Assembly: GCA_023267555.1 (NCBI GenBank) | Contig: JAHFMZ010000003.1 | Span: 1 to 48,786, forward strand | Reading direction: 5' to 3' | Length of the DNA stretch: 48,786 nt | Source of the DNA: a bacterium | GTDB taxonomy: Bacteria; Patescibacteriota; Minisyncoccia; Phycocordibacterales; UBA5272 | Part shown: one piece after another, positions 21,010-30,623 of the stretch | Layout: each line of letters starts with the position of its first letter | Position numbering within the stretch: position 1 is the stretch's first letter | Notes under the pieces: model-generated | What the model saw: only the letters and a program-made list of their open reading frames with translations | The model's database searches: none | What the model was told of the DNA's origin: nothing | Translations under genes and position numbers: made by a program

Positions 21010-21981
21010 ATGTTAATCGATCACGTAACGTTACAAATAGAAGCTGGAAAGGGTGGTGATGGTGTAGTTCGTTGGCGCCGTGAAAAAGGAATTCCTTATG
21101 GAGGCCCAGCTGGTGGTGATGGAGGAAAAGGTGGAGATGTTTATTTCCGCGTTATTCGTGATATTCAAGCTTTGTCTATTTATAAACATAAAAAAGAATG
21201 GGCAGCGAATGCTGGTGAAGCAGGACAAAAGCGTAGTATGCACGGAAGTAGTGCAGAAGATTTATATCTTCAAGTGCCATTAGGTTCTGTAATACACAAT
21301 CGTGAATATGACAAGACTTATGAATTTATGGAAGAAGGAGATTTTATTGTCCTTCGTGGAGGAAAAGGTGGACTTGGAAATGAACAATTTAAATCAGCGA
21401 CAAATCGTACTCCAGAAGAATTTACAAAAGGTGAACGCGGGGAATTTGCTACTTTTGATATTGAACTTAAATTAATTGCTGATGTTGGTTTTGTTGGTTT
21501 ACCAAATGCTGGCAAGTCATCACTCTTGAATGCTCTTACACGTGCTGGAGCAAAAATTGGTGACTATCCATTTACTACTCTTGAACCAAACTTGGGTGCA
21601 TATTTCGGCTATGTGCTTGCAGATATTCCAGGATTAATTGAAGGAGCTAGTGAAGGAAAAGGTTTGGGACACAAATTTTTAAGACATATAACTCGCACAC
21701 GTGTGTTGGTGCATTTGGTATCTGCTGAAAACGAAAATGTAGGAGAAGTATATAAAACGATTAGAAATGAACTTGCTAAATATGATGAAAGTCTTTTGAA
21801 AAAAGATGAAATAATTGTTTTATCGAAGTCTGATACAGTAGATGAACAAGCTATAAAAGATAAAATAAAAGAACTTGAAAAAGTAAGTAAAAGAGAAGTA
21901 ATTGTTATTTCTTTGTATGAAAATGATTCTGTAAAGAAATTTGGTGATTATTTGATTAATAAATTAAAAGAAAATAAATAG
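21010..21981 (+). CDS. obgE: GTPase Obg
   Basis: Gly-rich Obg fold, GLPNAGKSS, YPFTTL, DIPGLIEGA. Confidence 0.97.
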   Translation: MLIDHVTLQIEAGKGGDGVVRWRREKGIPYGGPAGGDGGKGGDVYFRVIRDIQALSIYKHKKEWAANAGEAGQKRSMHGSSAEDLYLQVPLGSVIHNREYDKTYEFMEEGDFIVLRGGKGGLGNEQFKSATNRTPEEFTKGERGEFATFDIELKLIADVGFVGLPNAGKSSLLNALTRAGAKIGDYPFTTLEPNLGAYFGYVLADIPGLIEGASEGKGLGHKFLRHITRTRVLVHLVSAENENVGEVYKTIRNELAKYDESLLKKDEIIVLSKSDTVDEQAIKDKIKELEKVSKREVIVISLYENDSVKKFGDYLINKLKENK

Positions 21982-21982
21982 T

Positions 21983-22564
21983 TTATTTAGCTAGTAAATT
22001 TATTCCTTCTCCTGGTGTAAAAAGTCCTATGTGTTTTGCATTCGTCCCCATACAAATAGCCAAAGTATAAGCCACAGAGTTTGAGTTTTCCGAATCACCG
22101 TGTAAATTCAAACCAAAAGGAGGGTATGGAAGACGTTTTTCATTAATTGGTTTTTTGCAAGCGGTGGCTTTGTTCCATTTTGAAATAATATCATCATATT
22201 TCCCTTCACTTAAAATAATTCCTGGGTATGACTTTTCTGCCAAGTATGACCGTGGACCATTAAATTCCCATACTTGAAGAATGTCAGAAGAATCATTCCC
22301 GATATATTTCCACGCACCGGTTATAGTGTTTGTCGCTAGACCGTGTAATTCGCTGACTATTTCACTATCTGGGTCACGAAGAATAATATAATTATGTCCC
22401 GTAATTCCAAAAATAAGAGGATGCTGCATAATCTGTATGCTCCAATTTCCTGGCAGAGGTTGTGGCATAGGACGAATAATATGATTGTGAGTTAGACCAT
22501 ACCAAGAGGCAATAAAGATGAGACTCCAAAATAAATCTTTGATAAATTGCTGAGTGAAAAACAT
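21983..22564 (-). CDS. Hypothetical membrane-anchored protein
   Basis: 193 aa ORF with N-terminal hydrophobic segment. Confidence 0.7.
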   Translation of the reverse strand: MFFTQQFIKDLFWSLIFIASWYGLTHNHIIRPMPQPLPGNWSIQIMQHPLIFGITGHNYIILRDPDSEIVSELHGLATNTITGAWKYIGNDSSDILQVWEFNGPRSYLAEKSYPGIILSEGKYDDIISKWNKATACKKPINEKRLPYPPFGLNLHGDSENSNSVAYTLAICMGTNAKHIGLFTPGEGINLLAK

Positions 22565-22701
22565 TTGTTAAGTATAACAAGAAATAATTATTAAAAGCTA
22601 GATGTTGTAAGTGTTTTTGATTTTTTAAAATACTTATGTTAGTGTACGACTTGAGATATGCATAGTTTGTGCATATATTAAGAAAAAAGGAGAAGACAAA
22701 T

Positions 22702-23025
22702 ATGTGGTCAGGCTCGATTTCATTTAGAGATTTAGCTAGCCTTATTCAGAAAAGTTTTGAGGATGGGACAGTTCCTATCCCAAAAGAGTTTTTGAATGAA
22801 GGCCAAACCATTCGCGCTAGTTGCCGGGAAGAAAACATTTTTATTTCCAAATTCTCCGGTATCACAGCCAAAGTATTTTTCTACGAAGGGGAAGAAGTAA
22901 AAGGGACTTCGGATTTCCGACTTGCTCTTGTTCCAATGGGAAGTGGTCGGATGTATCCCGATTTTCATATGGGGTATACCGCAGCTGTTCCTCAAACAGA
23001 AAAAAATATAGAAGAAGTATATTGA
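22702..23025 (+). CDS. Orphan hypothetical protein
   Basis: AAGGAG SD before ATG 22702; palindrome at 23042-23067. Confidence 0.65.
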   Translation: MWSGSISFRDLASLIQKSFEDGTVPIPKEFLNEGQTIRASCREENIFISKFSGITAKVFFYEGEEVKGTSDFRLALVPMGSGRMYPDFHMGYTAAVPQTEKNIEEVY

Positions 23026-23069
23026 TTCAAAGAAGAATACGAAACGGTCGCCCTTGGGCGACCGTTTTT

Positions 23070-24491
23070 TTATTTTTTCAATTCTTCTTTTAATAATTCC
23101 TGAAAGAGTTGCGGGTTACCACTTCCTTTACTTTTTTTCATACAAGCACCGACGAAAAACATTAACATAGCTTCTTTGCCCGATTTATAATCAGCAACTT
23201 GGGCAGGATTTTCTGTTAATACTTCGTCAATAATTTTCTTCAATGCTTTAACGTCATTTTTTTGTATGTAGCCTTTTTCTTCAGCAAATTTTATGACATC
23301 TATATTTTTATTACTTAACATTTCTGGTAATATATCTTTTGCTCCACGAGAAGAAAGCTCATTTGCTTGTATCATTTCAATCAAAGTACGGAATGAGGAA
23401 GATTTTGGAAGGGTCTTTTCTTCAATTTCTTTTCCGTCTTTTTTGAGTAAACCAATAATATCCGAAGCAAGATAATTTGCAGATAATTGTATGAAGGTGG
23501 CCTCTTTTTCTGAAATAACAGAGTCAAAATAATTAGCTAGATTTGGATTATCTATAAGAATTTCTATTATTTCATTTTTGATTCCTATTTTGGATAAACG
23601 TTCACGCTTTTCTTTTGGTAATTCTGGAAGTGACTTTTTGATTTCATTAACATCAAAAAGTTCATTCAAATATAATTTTGGTAAATCAGGATCTGGGAAA
23701 TAACGATAATCGTGAGCATTTTCTTTTTTGCGTTGACTAAAAGTGATTTGTTTATTTTCATCCCAACCACGAGTTTCTTGTATTACAGATTCTCCTTTTT
23801 CTAATAATTCTATATGTCTTTTTATTTCAAAATCTATGGCTTCCAAAACAGAACGGAATGAATTAAGATTTTTTACTTCTACTTTTGTTCCGAATTTATT
23901 TTTATCTTTTGAAACAGAGATATTTGCTTCCACACGCATTTGTCCCATTTCCATATTAGCTTCGGATGCCCCGACATAACGAAGTATGCGTTGCAGTTCG
24001 CGCGCAAAATCTACCGCTTGTTCTGCCGAATGAATCACTGGTTCAGTGACGAGCTCCATCAAAGGTACACCAGCACGATTGTAATCAACCAAAGTGTAAC
24101 CTTCATTATCGTGTGATGATTTCGCAGTATCTTCTTCGAGATGTATACGAGTGAGCTCTACATCATTAATTGAACCACCAGACACAATAGGAAATTTGTA
24201 TTGAGTAATTTGATAACCTTTTGGAATATCAGGATAAAAATAATTCTTGCGATCAAATTCGGTAAAGTCGGCAATTTTACTATTTGTAGCACAACCAACA
24301 GTGATTACTTTTTTTATCGCTTCTTTATTTGGAACAGGGAGAGTACCGGGGTGGGCCATACAAATTTCGCAGACGTTTTGATTCGGTCTTTTTTCGTAGG
24401 GGTCATTTTTACAACCACACCACATTTTTGAGTTGGTATGTAATTCGGCGTGAACTTCAAGACCGATAGTTGTGAGATATTCATTAGACAT
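23070..24491 (-). CDS. gatB: Asp/Glu-tRNA amidotransferase subunit B
   Basis: IGLEVHAEL, FDRKNYFYPD.PKGYQITQ, DYNRAGVPLMELVTEP. Confidence 0.97.
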   Translation of the reverse strand: MSNEYLTTIGLEVHAELHTNSKMWCGCKNDPYEKRPNQNVCEICMAHPGTLPVPNKEAIKKVITVGCATNSKIADFTEFDRKNYFYPDIPKGYQITQYKFPIVSGGSINDVELTRIHLEEDTAKSSHDNEGYTLVDYNRAGVPLMELVTEPVIHSAEQAVDFARELQRILRYVGASEANMEMGQMRVEANISVSKDKNKFGTKVEVKNLNSFRSVLEAIDFEIKRHIELLEKGESVIQETRGWDENKQITFSQRKKENAHDYRYFPDPDLPKLYLNELFDVNEIKKSLPELPKEKRERLSKIGIKNEIIEILIDNPNLANYFDSVISEKEATFIQLSANYLASDIIGLLKKDGKEIEEKTLPKSSSFRTLIEMIQANELSSRGAKDILPEMLSNKNIDVIKFAEEKGYIQKNDVKALKKIIDEVLTENPAQVADYKSGKEAMLMFFVGACMKKSKGSGNPQLFQELLKEELKK

Positions 24492-24648
24492 TTGTAAATT
24501 ATAGCAAAAAAGTTGTTGATATTAAAGGAAGAAATAAAAATTAACAACGTTGACTTTTTGGTCAAAATGTGCTATAATTTGTTTAAGTTTTTGTTGGAAT
24601 TTTATTCCACAAAAAATTGAACATTCAATCAACTTGGTAGGAGGGAAT

Positions 24649-25347
24649 ATGGAATCCAAAAAAGGAAATTATGCGGAGCAAGACGAAATCAGCAAAAAGA
24701 TCTGGAACGCGGAGCATTTTGGAAGAGCGGGAACCATCGCGCTTGCGTTTCGAAACTACGAGCTGTCTCTCAAGAAAAGCGAACTTGAGAGAAGCTTGGC
24801 AACTCTCGAATATGCCTGTGCGCTTTATAGCGCTATCGGGAATTGTTTCGCGCAACTGAAAAAGTTTCATCTGGTGTATTTTTTTATTGGAATTTATTAC
24901 TTGCTTGAGCTGGATACCGTCGTATTTGAAATCATCGACGACAAGATGCATAAGAATTTTAATGCATCTCAAAAAGAAGCGTTGATGGCATATATGTTAA
25001 TGTGCCGTTTTACATCTCCTTTTTCTGGCTATCGCAAGATGGTGATAAAATTGGGAAAGGAAATCATTTCCTCTTTTAATCCAACAGGGTTGCTGTCTGA
25101 GCTAAATGAAATAATTGATCCCACTTTTTACCTTGTTTGTGGCAGGCTTTCGAGATTGTGTAGTCACCCAGCTTCTGCACTTTATGAATCTTTGGTTAGT
25201 CGTGCCATTCATTACGAAGAAATAAGAAAATATTTGGATTGGCGTACAGTCAATCGTCTCGCCCGCCTGATAGGTGACAAGAAAATGGTTCAAAAATCGG
25301 CATTGCTTGCGGATTCGCAGGATGTGCTTATCAAGTCGGGAATGTGA
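24649..25347 (+). CDS. Orphan helical hypothetical protein
   Basis: TTGACT/TATAAT promoter, AGGAGG SD, terminator near 25363-25395. Confidence 0.7.
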   Translation: MESKKGNYAEQDEISKKIWNAEHFGRAGTIALAFRNYELSLKKSELERSLATLEYACALYSAIGNCFAQLKKFHLVYFFIGIYYLLELDTVVFEIIDDKMHKNFNASQKEALMAYMLMCRFTSPFSGYRKMVIKLGKEIISSFNPTGLLSELNEIIDPTFYLVCGRLSRLCSHPASALYESLVSRAIHYEEIRKYLDWRTVNRLARLIGDKKMVQKSALLADSQDVLIKSGM

Positions 25348-25396
25348 TATGAAGAAGGTTAAGACGGACAAGCGAGAGCTAGTCCGTCTTTTTTAT

Positions 25397-26245
25397 TTAT
25401 ATAACTTCTACAATTGGAATATATTTTTTATTCCAAGTTTGTTGACGTTTTGCATATTGCATACTTTTGGTAATTATTTCTTCCATCATTTCTGCAATAT
25501 TAATCTTATTTTTTAAATATTTATTCATTGAAATATATTCAATACCAAGTTTTTTTATTTGTATATCAGAAAAATTCATAGCAGATATTTTTTCGCCTTC
25601 TTCTAACATTCCGAGTTCTAATCTTTTTATCAATCTTTTTTGTATTCTCTCCCGTAATATTTCTCGAGATGGATTTAGTAAAAATATTTTTGTATCAAAT
25701 CGTAATTTTGATTTTTTAATTGTGGGGACTTTTCCAAGTGAAGCAATTATCTCAAGTGCACGAATTAATCGTACACGATTATGTTTATCAATAGTCTTTG
25801 CGCGACGAGAATCTTTTTTTAATAACTCTTTATATAACTCTGCTGTAGTTTTTTTATCTAATTCATTACGAAGTTTCATATTTGGTTCAACACGTGGAAT
25901 TTCTTGGTTAAAAATAAGCGCATCAATATATTGTCCTGTACCACCACAAATTATGGGAGTCTTGCCACGGGCAAGAATATCTTCAAGTATTGGCATAGCT
26001 AAACTTTTATATTCAGCAACAGAGAAATTGTTGCCAATATCGCAAACATCAAGCATATAATGAGGCACACCCTGTTCTTCTTCTTTTGTAATTTTCCCAG
26101 TACCCAAATTAAGATTTTTGAATATTTGTCGGCTATCTGCACTTATTATTTCGCCATTATTTTTCAAAGCAAAATCAACCGCGAAATCTGATTTTCCGCT
26201 GGCGGTGGGGCCGACAATAACTATAACTTTGGGTTTTTCTTTCAT
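25397..26245 (-). CDS. miaA: tRNA dimethylallyltransferase
   Basis: GPTASGKS, IISADSRQ, GGTGQY, YAKRQ.TW. Confidence 0.96.
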   Translation of the reverse strand: MKEKPKVIVIVGPTASGKSDFAVDFALKNNGEIISADSRQIFKNLNLGTGKITKEEEQGVPHYMLDVCDIGNNFSVAEYKSLAMPILEDILARGKTPIICGGTGQYIDALIFNQEIPRVEPNMKLRNELDKKTTAELYKELLKKDSRRAKTIDKHNRVRLIRALEIIASLGKVPTIKKSKLRFDTKIFLLNPSREILRERIQKRLIKRLELGMLEEGEKISAMNFSDIQIKKLGIEYISMNKYLKNKINIAEMMEEIITKSMQYAKRQQTWNKKYIPIVEVI

Positions 26246-26291
26246 TGTTTGTGCCTTTACTATAAACTAGTAACAACTAACTATCAACTAT

Positions 26292-26528
26292 ATGTTAATT
26301 TTGTATACAAGTAATAATTGTCCATTTTGTGAAAAAGTTAAGGATTCTTTTTTAGGAAAAATGTCTAGTTATGAAGAAAGAAATATTTCAGAAAGTGAGG
26401 AATATAAAAAAGAATTGATAAAAAAGGGAGGTAAACAACAGGTTCCATTTTTGATAGATACATCTGCAAATGTAATGATGTATGAGTCAGATGATATTCT
26501 TGATTATTTAAACGAGGGAGTATTTTAG
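26292..26528 (+). CDS. Glutaredoxin-like protein
   Basis: CPFC, QVPFL, YESDDI. Confidence 0.88.
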   Translation: MLILYTSNNCPFCEKVKDSFLGKMSSYEERNISESEEYKKELIKKGGKQQVPFLIDTSANVMMYESDDILDYLNEGVF

Positions 26529-26587
26529 AAATTAAAAAGGACGACTATGGTCGTCCTTTTTCGTTTCGGTTTTTTTGAGAGAAACTT

Positions 26588-26833
26588 TTAGAGTTGTTGT
26601 GGGGTGTGTTCGAAAAATTTGGCGTGTATTACCGGCTTTCTCTTGATATCTGGGTGCTTGATTAGAAGTTGCCCGTCGTCGCAAACTCTGACAACGGTTA
26701 TTCTGCCACTGATCAGCAGGTGCTCGGGGAATTGCGTCCGGCCGACTATTTGTCTCCGATGTTCAGCCGAATCAAAAATTTCTGGCTTCACACGGATGGT
26801 GTCTTCGGGTTTGAACTCGGATTTTTTGGACAC
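26588..26833 (-). CDS. Orphan small protein
   Basis: GTG start with GGGAG SD, raised GC. Confidence 0.55.
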   Translation of the reverse strand: MSKKSEFKPEDTIRVKPEIFDSAEHRRQIVGRTQFPEHLLISGRITVVRVCDDGQLLIKHPDIKRKPVIHAKFFEHTPQQL

Positions 26834-26942
26834 TTGTTGACTCCCATAGTAACAACGTTAACAAAAGAACAAACTGAAACTTCATACTAGCATATATTTT
26901 TAAAATGTAAACTTATGGTATAATCATATAGTTCAACTCTAA

Positions 26943-27023
26943 GCCGGAGTGGCGGAATGGTAGACGCGCACGACTCAAAATCGTGTATCGCAAGGTGTGT
27001 GGGTTCAACTCCCACCTCCGGCA
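26943..27023 (+). tRNA. tRNA-Leu(CAA)
   Basis: GCCGGAG/CTCCGGC, CTCAAAA loop, long variable arm. Confidence 0.95.
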
Positions 27024-27127
27024 CATATAGAAAAAATACCAACTGCTTGGCTTACGGGGAGTTGAATAGGGGTCGCGAAACTAATTATGACGAACGCAGT
27101 GAGGAATTAGTTTTGTGACCGAGTCTC
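27024..27127 (+). mobile_element. 3'-type target-antisense mini-element, partly decayed
   Basis: CCA-ACTGCT-TGG hairpin, GGGAGTTGAA (antisense to T-arm), TAGGGGTCGCGAAACT...AGTTTTGTGACC, then GAGTC. Confidence 0.65.
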
Positions 27128-27202
27128 TCTTACTTCGTATCTTACTTTATTATCTACACCCAGTATTTCTCTCGTGATATACTTACCCCATAAACATACT
27201 TT

Positions 27203-28282
27203 ATGGGACAAACAGAGAATTCAATTTTTTGGATAGAATTAGAGAAAATCGTACCAAACCCATTTCAACCGAGACGGGAATTTGATCAGGATAGATTGAA
27301 AGAACTTTCAGATAGTATCCGTCAATACGGTGTGCTTCAGCCACTTGTGGTATCTCGCCAAGAAACTGTATTGGAAGATGGTGGTGTAAAAGTGGAATAT
27401 GAACTTATCGCTGGTGAGCGTCGTTTACGTGCTTCTAAGCTCGCAGGATTGATTCAGGTGCCTGTTGTTGTGCGTACAGGTGATGATAGTCGTGCCAAGC
27501 TAGAACTTGCTATTATAGAGAATTTACAACGTGAAGATTTGAATTCTGTCGAACGCGCTCAATCTTTCCAGAGACTTGCTGAAGAGTTTAAACTTTCTTG
27601 GGCAGAAGTTGGGCGTAAAATGGGGAAAAGTCGTGAATATGTTTCAAATACTGTGCGTATTTTGATGCTTCCACAAGATATACTTGATGCTATTTCAAAA
27701 AGGCAAATTACTGAAGGTCATACTCGTCCACTTTTAATGTTAATAGATAGACCAGCAGAGCAAATGACTCTTTTTAAGGAAATGATGGTACGCAAAATGA
27801 CTGTGCGTGAAGCTGAACAAATCGCTCGTCGTATCGCTTTTGAAAAAGTTCGCAAGAAGGATTTGTTTATGACACCAGAAGTTGTAGATATGGAAGAAAA
27901 GCTCGCCGAGACCCTCGGGACTAGAGTGCAAATAGAACCACGTGAACGTGGAGGTCGTATTTGGATTGATTATTTTTCACACGAAGAATTACTTGCACTT
28001 TCTGTTGCTATTCGTAAAGCAGGGGAAGAAAAAACACATAAAGGAATGTTTGATACTCTCAAAGAAGAAGATATGGAGACGCTACAAGCAGTACCAGATA
28101 CCGAGAGATATATAAAGCCAGTTACAGAATTTACTCATCTAGGACAAGAGGAAACGTCACCAGAAGAAAAGTTGGAAATTTATGAACCTACAGATGTTGC
28201 GGTTGATGATCGTTCAATAGAAGAAGTAAAAGCGGAAGAGCAAAGTGAAGACTTATATAACGTAAAAAATTTTAGTATTTAG
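27203..28282 (+). CDS. parB: ParB/Spo0J family partition protein
   Basis: NPFQPRR.F, GVLQPL, IAGERR.RA, IENLQREDL, HTH; acidic C-tail. Confidence 0.92.
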   Translation: MGQTENSIFWIELEKIVPNPFQPRREFDQDRLKELSDSIRQYGVLQPLVVSRQETVLEDGGVKVEYELIAGERRLRASKLAGLIQVPVVVRTGDDSRAKLELAIIENLQREDLNSVERAQSFQRLAEEFKLSWAEVGRKMGKSREYVSNTVRILMLPQDILDAISKRQITEGHTRPLLMLIDRPAEQMTLFKEMMVRKMTVREAEQIARRIAFEKVRKKDLFMTPEVVDMEEKLAETLGTRVQIEPRERGGRIWIDYFSHEELLALSVAIRKAGEEKTHKGMFDTLKEEDMETLQAVPDTERYIKPVTEFTHLGQEETSPEEKLEIYEPTDVAVDDRSIEEVKAEEQSEDLYNVKNFSI

Positions 28283-28319
28283 TTTTTTTAAATTTTTAAA
28301 CTAAATGATGAGAATATAA

Positions 28320-29804
28320 TTATCTTGTTAAGAATTTATCAAGCGGACCTCCGTGTTCTTTAATATAAACTCTTACGTGTCTTTTTGCCAAAGCTGTGCG
28401 CGACATATCTATCCATTTTCGTTTTGGTGAGGCACTTTCTTTTACTTCTATTTCCACTACATCTTGATTTTTTAATGTAGTATCTAGTGGTACCAATTTT
28501 CCATTTACTTTTGCACCAGCGGTATGATCACCAATATCTGAATGGACAGCATAAGCGAAATCAATAGTCGTTGAACCTTCCGGTAAATCTATAACATCTC
28601 CTTTTGGTGTAAAAACGAATACTCGCGTTTCAAAAAAATCTGTCTTTAAATTATTTATAAATTCTTGGTGCTTGTCTACATTTTTTTGCCATTCCAAAAG
28701 CTCTCTAGTCCAACCAGTCTTTTTGATTATCTCTTCTTTACTTGCTTTCTTACCAAGCTCTTTATATGAAAGGTGATTGGCAATACCATATTCGGCCTCA
28801 CGATGCATTTCTTTTGTTCTAATTTGTATTTCCAAAGTATTTCCTTCTCCAGAAAAAATAGTCGTATGAAGTGAACGATATCCGTTTGGTTTTGGTAAAG
28901 CAATATAATCTTTGAATCTACTAGGAACAGGACGGTACAGTCCGTGTATTACACCAAGGGCTTGATAGCAATCGGGAACAGCAGGAACAATAATACGCAA
29001 AGCTACGACATCGTGAACTTTAGAAATATCCATTTTGTAACGTTTCAATTTTTGCCACAAAGAATATAAATGTTTAACACGATAGTCTATGCGCTCGATT
29101 TCTACATCAAATATAGCAAGTTCTTCTTTTAATTTTGATACCACAATTTCTAATTGTTCATCAGAAATTGGGCGCATACTTTTGAAAAATTCTACTGTTT
29201 TTATATATTCTTCTGGGTAAACATATGGAAAAGCTGCATCTTCAAGTTGGGCTTTTAATCTTCCCATTCCCAATCTGTCTGCGAGGCGTGCGTGAATTTC
29301 CAAAGTTTCAAGAGCGATACGTTTTTGTTTTTCGGGAGAAACATATTTAAGAGTTTGAATATTATGTAGTCTGTCGCAAAGTTTTATGACGACCACACGA
29401 ATATCATCTGCCATCGCGACGAAAAATTTACGTAGTGATTCCACGTGACGCTCGGTACCAGAATATTTTAATTTACCGAGTTTTGTGACTCCTTCCACAA
29501 GGGTAACTATTTTGTCATTAAATTCGCTTCGTAATTCTTCAGCAGTTACTGGAGTGTCTTCCAAGATGTCGTGCATAAGTCCAGCCGCAATTGTTTCAGC
29601 GTCCATTTTGAGTGTGGCCAAGTTTATACCAGTGGCAAAAAGGTGAGTGTAATATGGTTCACCAGATTTACGAAGTTGACCGGTATGCGCTTTTTCTGAA
29701 AACTTACAGGCGCGAAGAATTAATTCTTTGTCAGATTCTTTAATATCAGGAAGTAGCGCAAAAATACGCGAAGGGTCTGTGTCAGAAAAAGTCTTCAAGT
29801 CCAT
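28320..29804 (-). CDS. rel: (p)ppGpp synthetase/hydrolase (HD-SYNTH-TGS)
   Basis: RKSGEPY, HDILED, DRLHN, KPNGYRSLHT, EIQIRT, TGS domain; no ACT domain. Confidence 0.93.
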   Translation of the reverse strand: MDLKTFSDTDPSRIFALLPDIKESDKELILRACKFSEKAHTGQLRKSGEPYYTHLFATGINLATLKMDAETIAAGLMHDILEDTPVTAEELRSEFNDKIVTLVEGVTKLGKLKYSGTERHVESLRKFFVAMADDIRVVVIKLCDRLHNIQTLKYVSPEKQKRIALETLEIHARLADRLGMGRLKAQLEDAAFPYVYPEEYIKTVEFFKSMRPISDEQLEIVVSKLKEELAIFDVEIERIDYRVKHLYSLWQKLKRYKMDISKVHDVVALRIIVPAVPDCYQALGVIHGLYRPVPSRFKDYIALPKPNGYRSLHTTIFSGEGNTLEIQIRTKEMHREAEYGIANHLSYKELGKKASKEEIIKKTGWTRELLEWQKNVDKHQEFINNLKTDFFETRVFVFTPKGDVIDLPEGSTTIDFAYAVHSDIGDHTAGAKVNGKLVPLDTTLKNQDVVEIEVKESASPKRKWIDMSRTALAKRHVRVYIKEHGGPLDKFLTR

Positions 29805-29888
29805 AGGTTTAACAATATCAAAAAATTTGGAAAAGGCAAAGAAAAACCCCCAACGTTTTACTGTTGGGTGGTTGTTGCCAAAGAGTCT

Positions 29889-30227
29889 TTATTCTTTTGG
29901 TAAAATGGAAGAGAGTCGGTCTTCATATCCTAGCTTGTGCGCCAAATAAGTTCGCCTGAAGGTTTTCTTTGAAGTATCGTTCACTTTGGTTAAATGTTCC
30001 TTAATTTCTCTAAAGATGCTTTTTTTGTTATACGTATGATCGCAACTATCAAAATCCACAGGTAATTCTTGAGCAATAAATGCAAGACGCCCCATTGCAT
30101 ATACTGAGGTCATATTTTTCTTCATCATTTCTCTTGCTATTTGTGCCAATCTATTCCAGTAAGATCCTTGAGTTTCGTGTCCTATATGTCTAAGGGCGGA
30201 GTATTTACTTATTATGATTTTAGACAT
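29889..30227 (-). CDS. Orphan hypothetical protein
   Basis: TTGACT promoter, AAAGGA SD, terminator near 29843-29873. Confidence 0.6.
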   Translation of the reverse strand: MSKIIISKYSALRHIGHETQGSYWNRLAQIAREMMKKNMTSVYAMGRLAFIAQELPVDFDSCDHTYNKKSIFREIKEHLTKVNDTSKKTFRRTYLAHKLGYEDRLSSILPKE

Positions 30228-30292
30228 TTCTGTATTCCTTTTCTGTGAATGAGCCTACGTAAATACTAACTTTATTTATATAAAAGTCAAAC

Positions 30293-30329
30293 ATACAAAA
30301 GAGCGACCCGAAGGGTCGCTCTTTTGTAT
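30293..30329. terminator. Palindromic terminator directly after the displaced topA end
   Basis: ATACAAAAGAGCGACCC-GAA-GGGTCGCTCTTTTGTAT. Confidence 0.8.
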
Positions 30330-30407
30330 TTATTTTTTAACTTCCAATTTATGTGGGTTGTGGTTTGGACAGAGTTTGTCGCTACATCTCTCGGGTATGG
30401 TTTTGGT
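30330..30407 (-). pseudogene. Displaced alternative 3' end of topA (25 codons plus stop)
   Basis: Translates TKTIPERCSDKLCPNHNPHKLEVKK* versus the live end TKTIPERCSDKGCPMHNPHKLNKEEK*. Confidence 0.85.
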
Positions 30408-30623
30408 CACAGATAATTTATCGCCGTCGCTCGAAATTTCCGCGACCCCGGCTCACTTGTTTTTCTTGCTAGAAAAACATAGTTCCGCCAGACAAAGACC
30501 ACCGCAGGCAACGCAGGATGCCTGCTTACCCGAGATATTAATTATTTCTCTTCTTTGTTTAGTTTATGAGGGTTATGCATCGGGCAACCTTTATCTGAAC
30601 ATCTCTCGGGTATGGTCTTTGTC
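30405..30623 (-). mobile_element. 3'-type target-antisense mini-element in the topA 3' end
   Basis: ATCTCGGGTA-[AGCAGGCAT CCTGCG TTGCCTGCGG]-TGGTCTTTGTC antisense to topA 30601-30623; GGGGTCGCGG...CTGTGACC hairpin abuts the displaced end. Confidence 0.75.
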
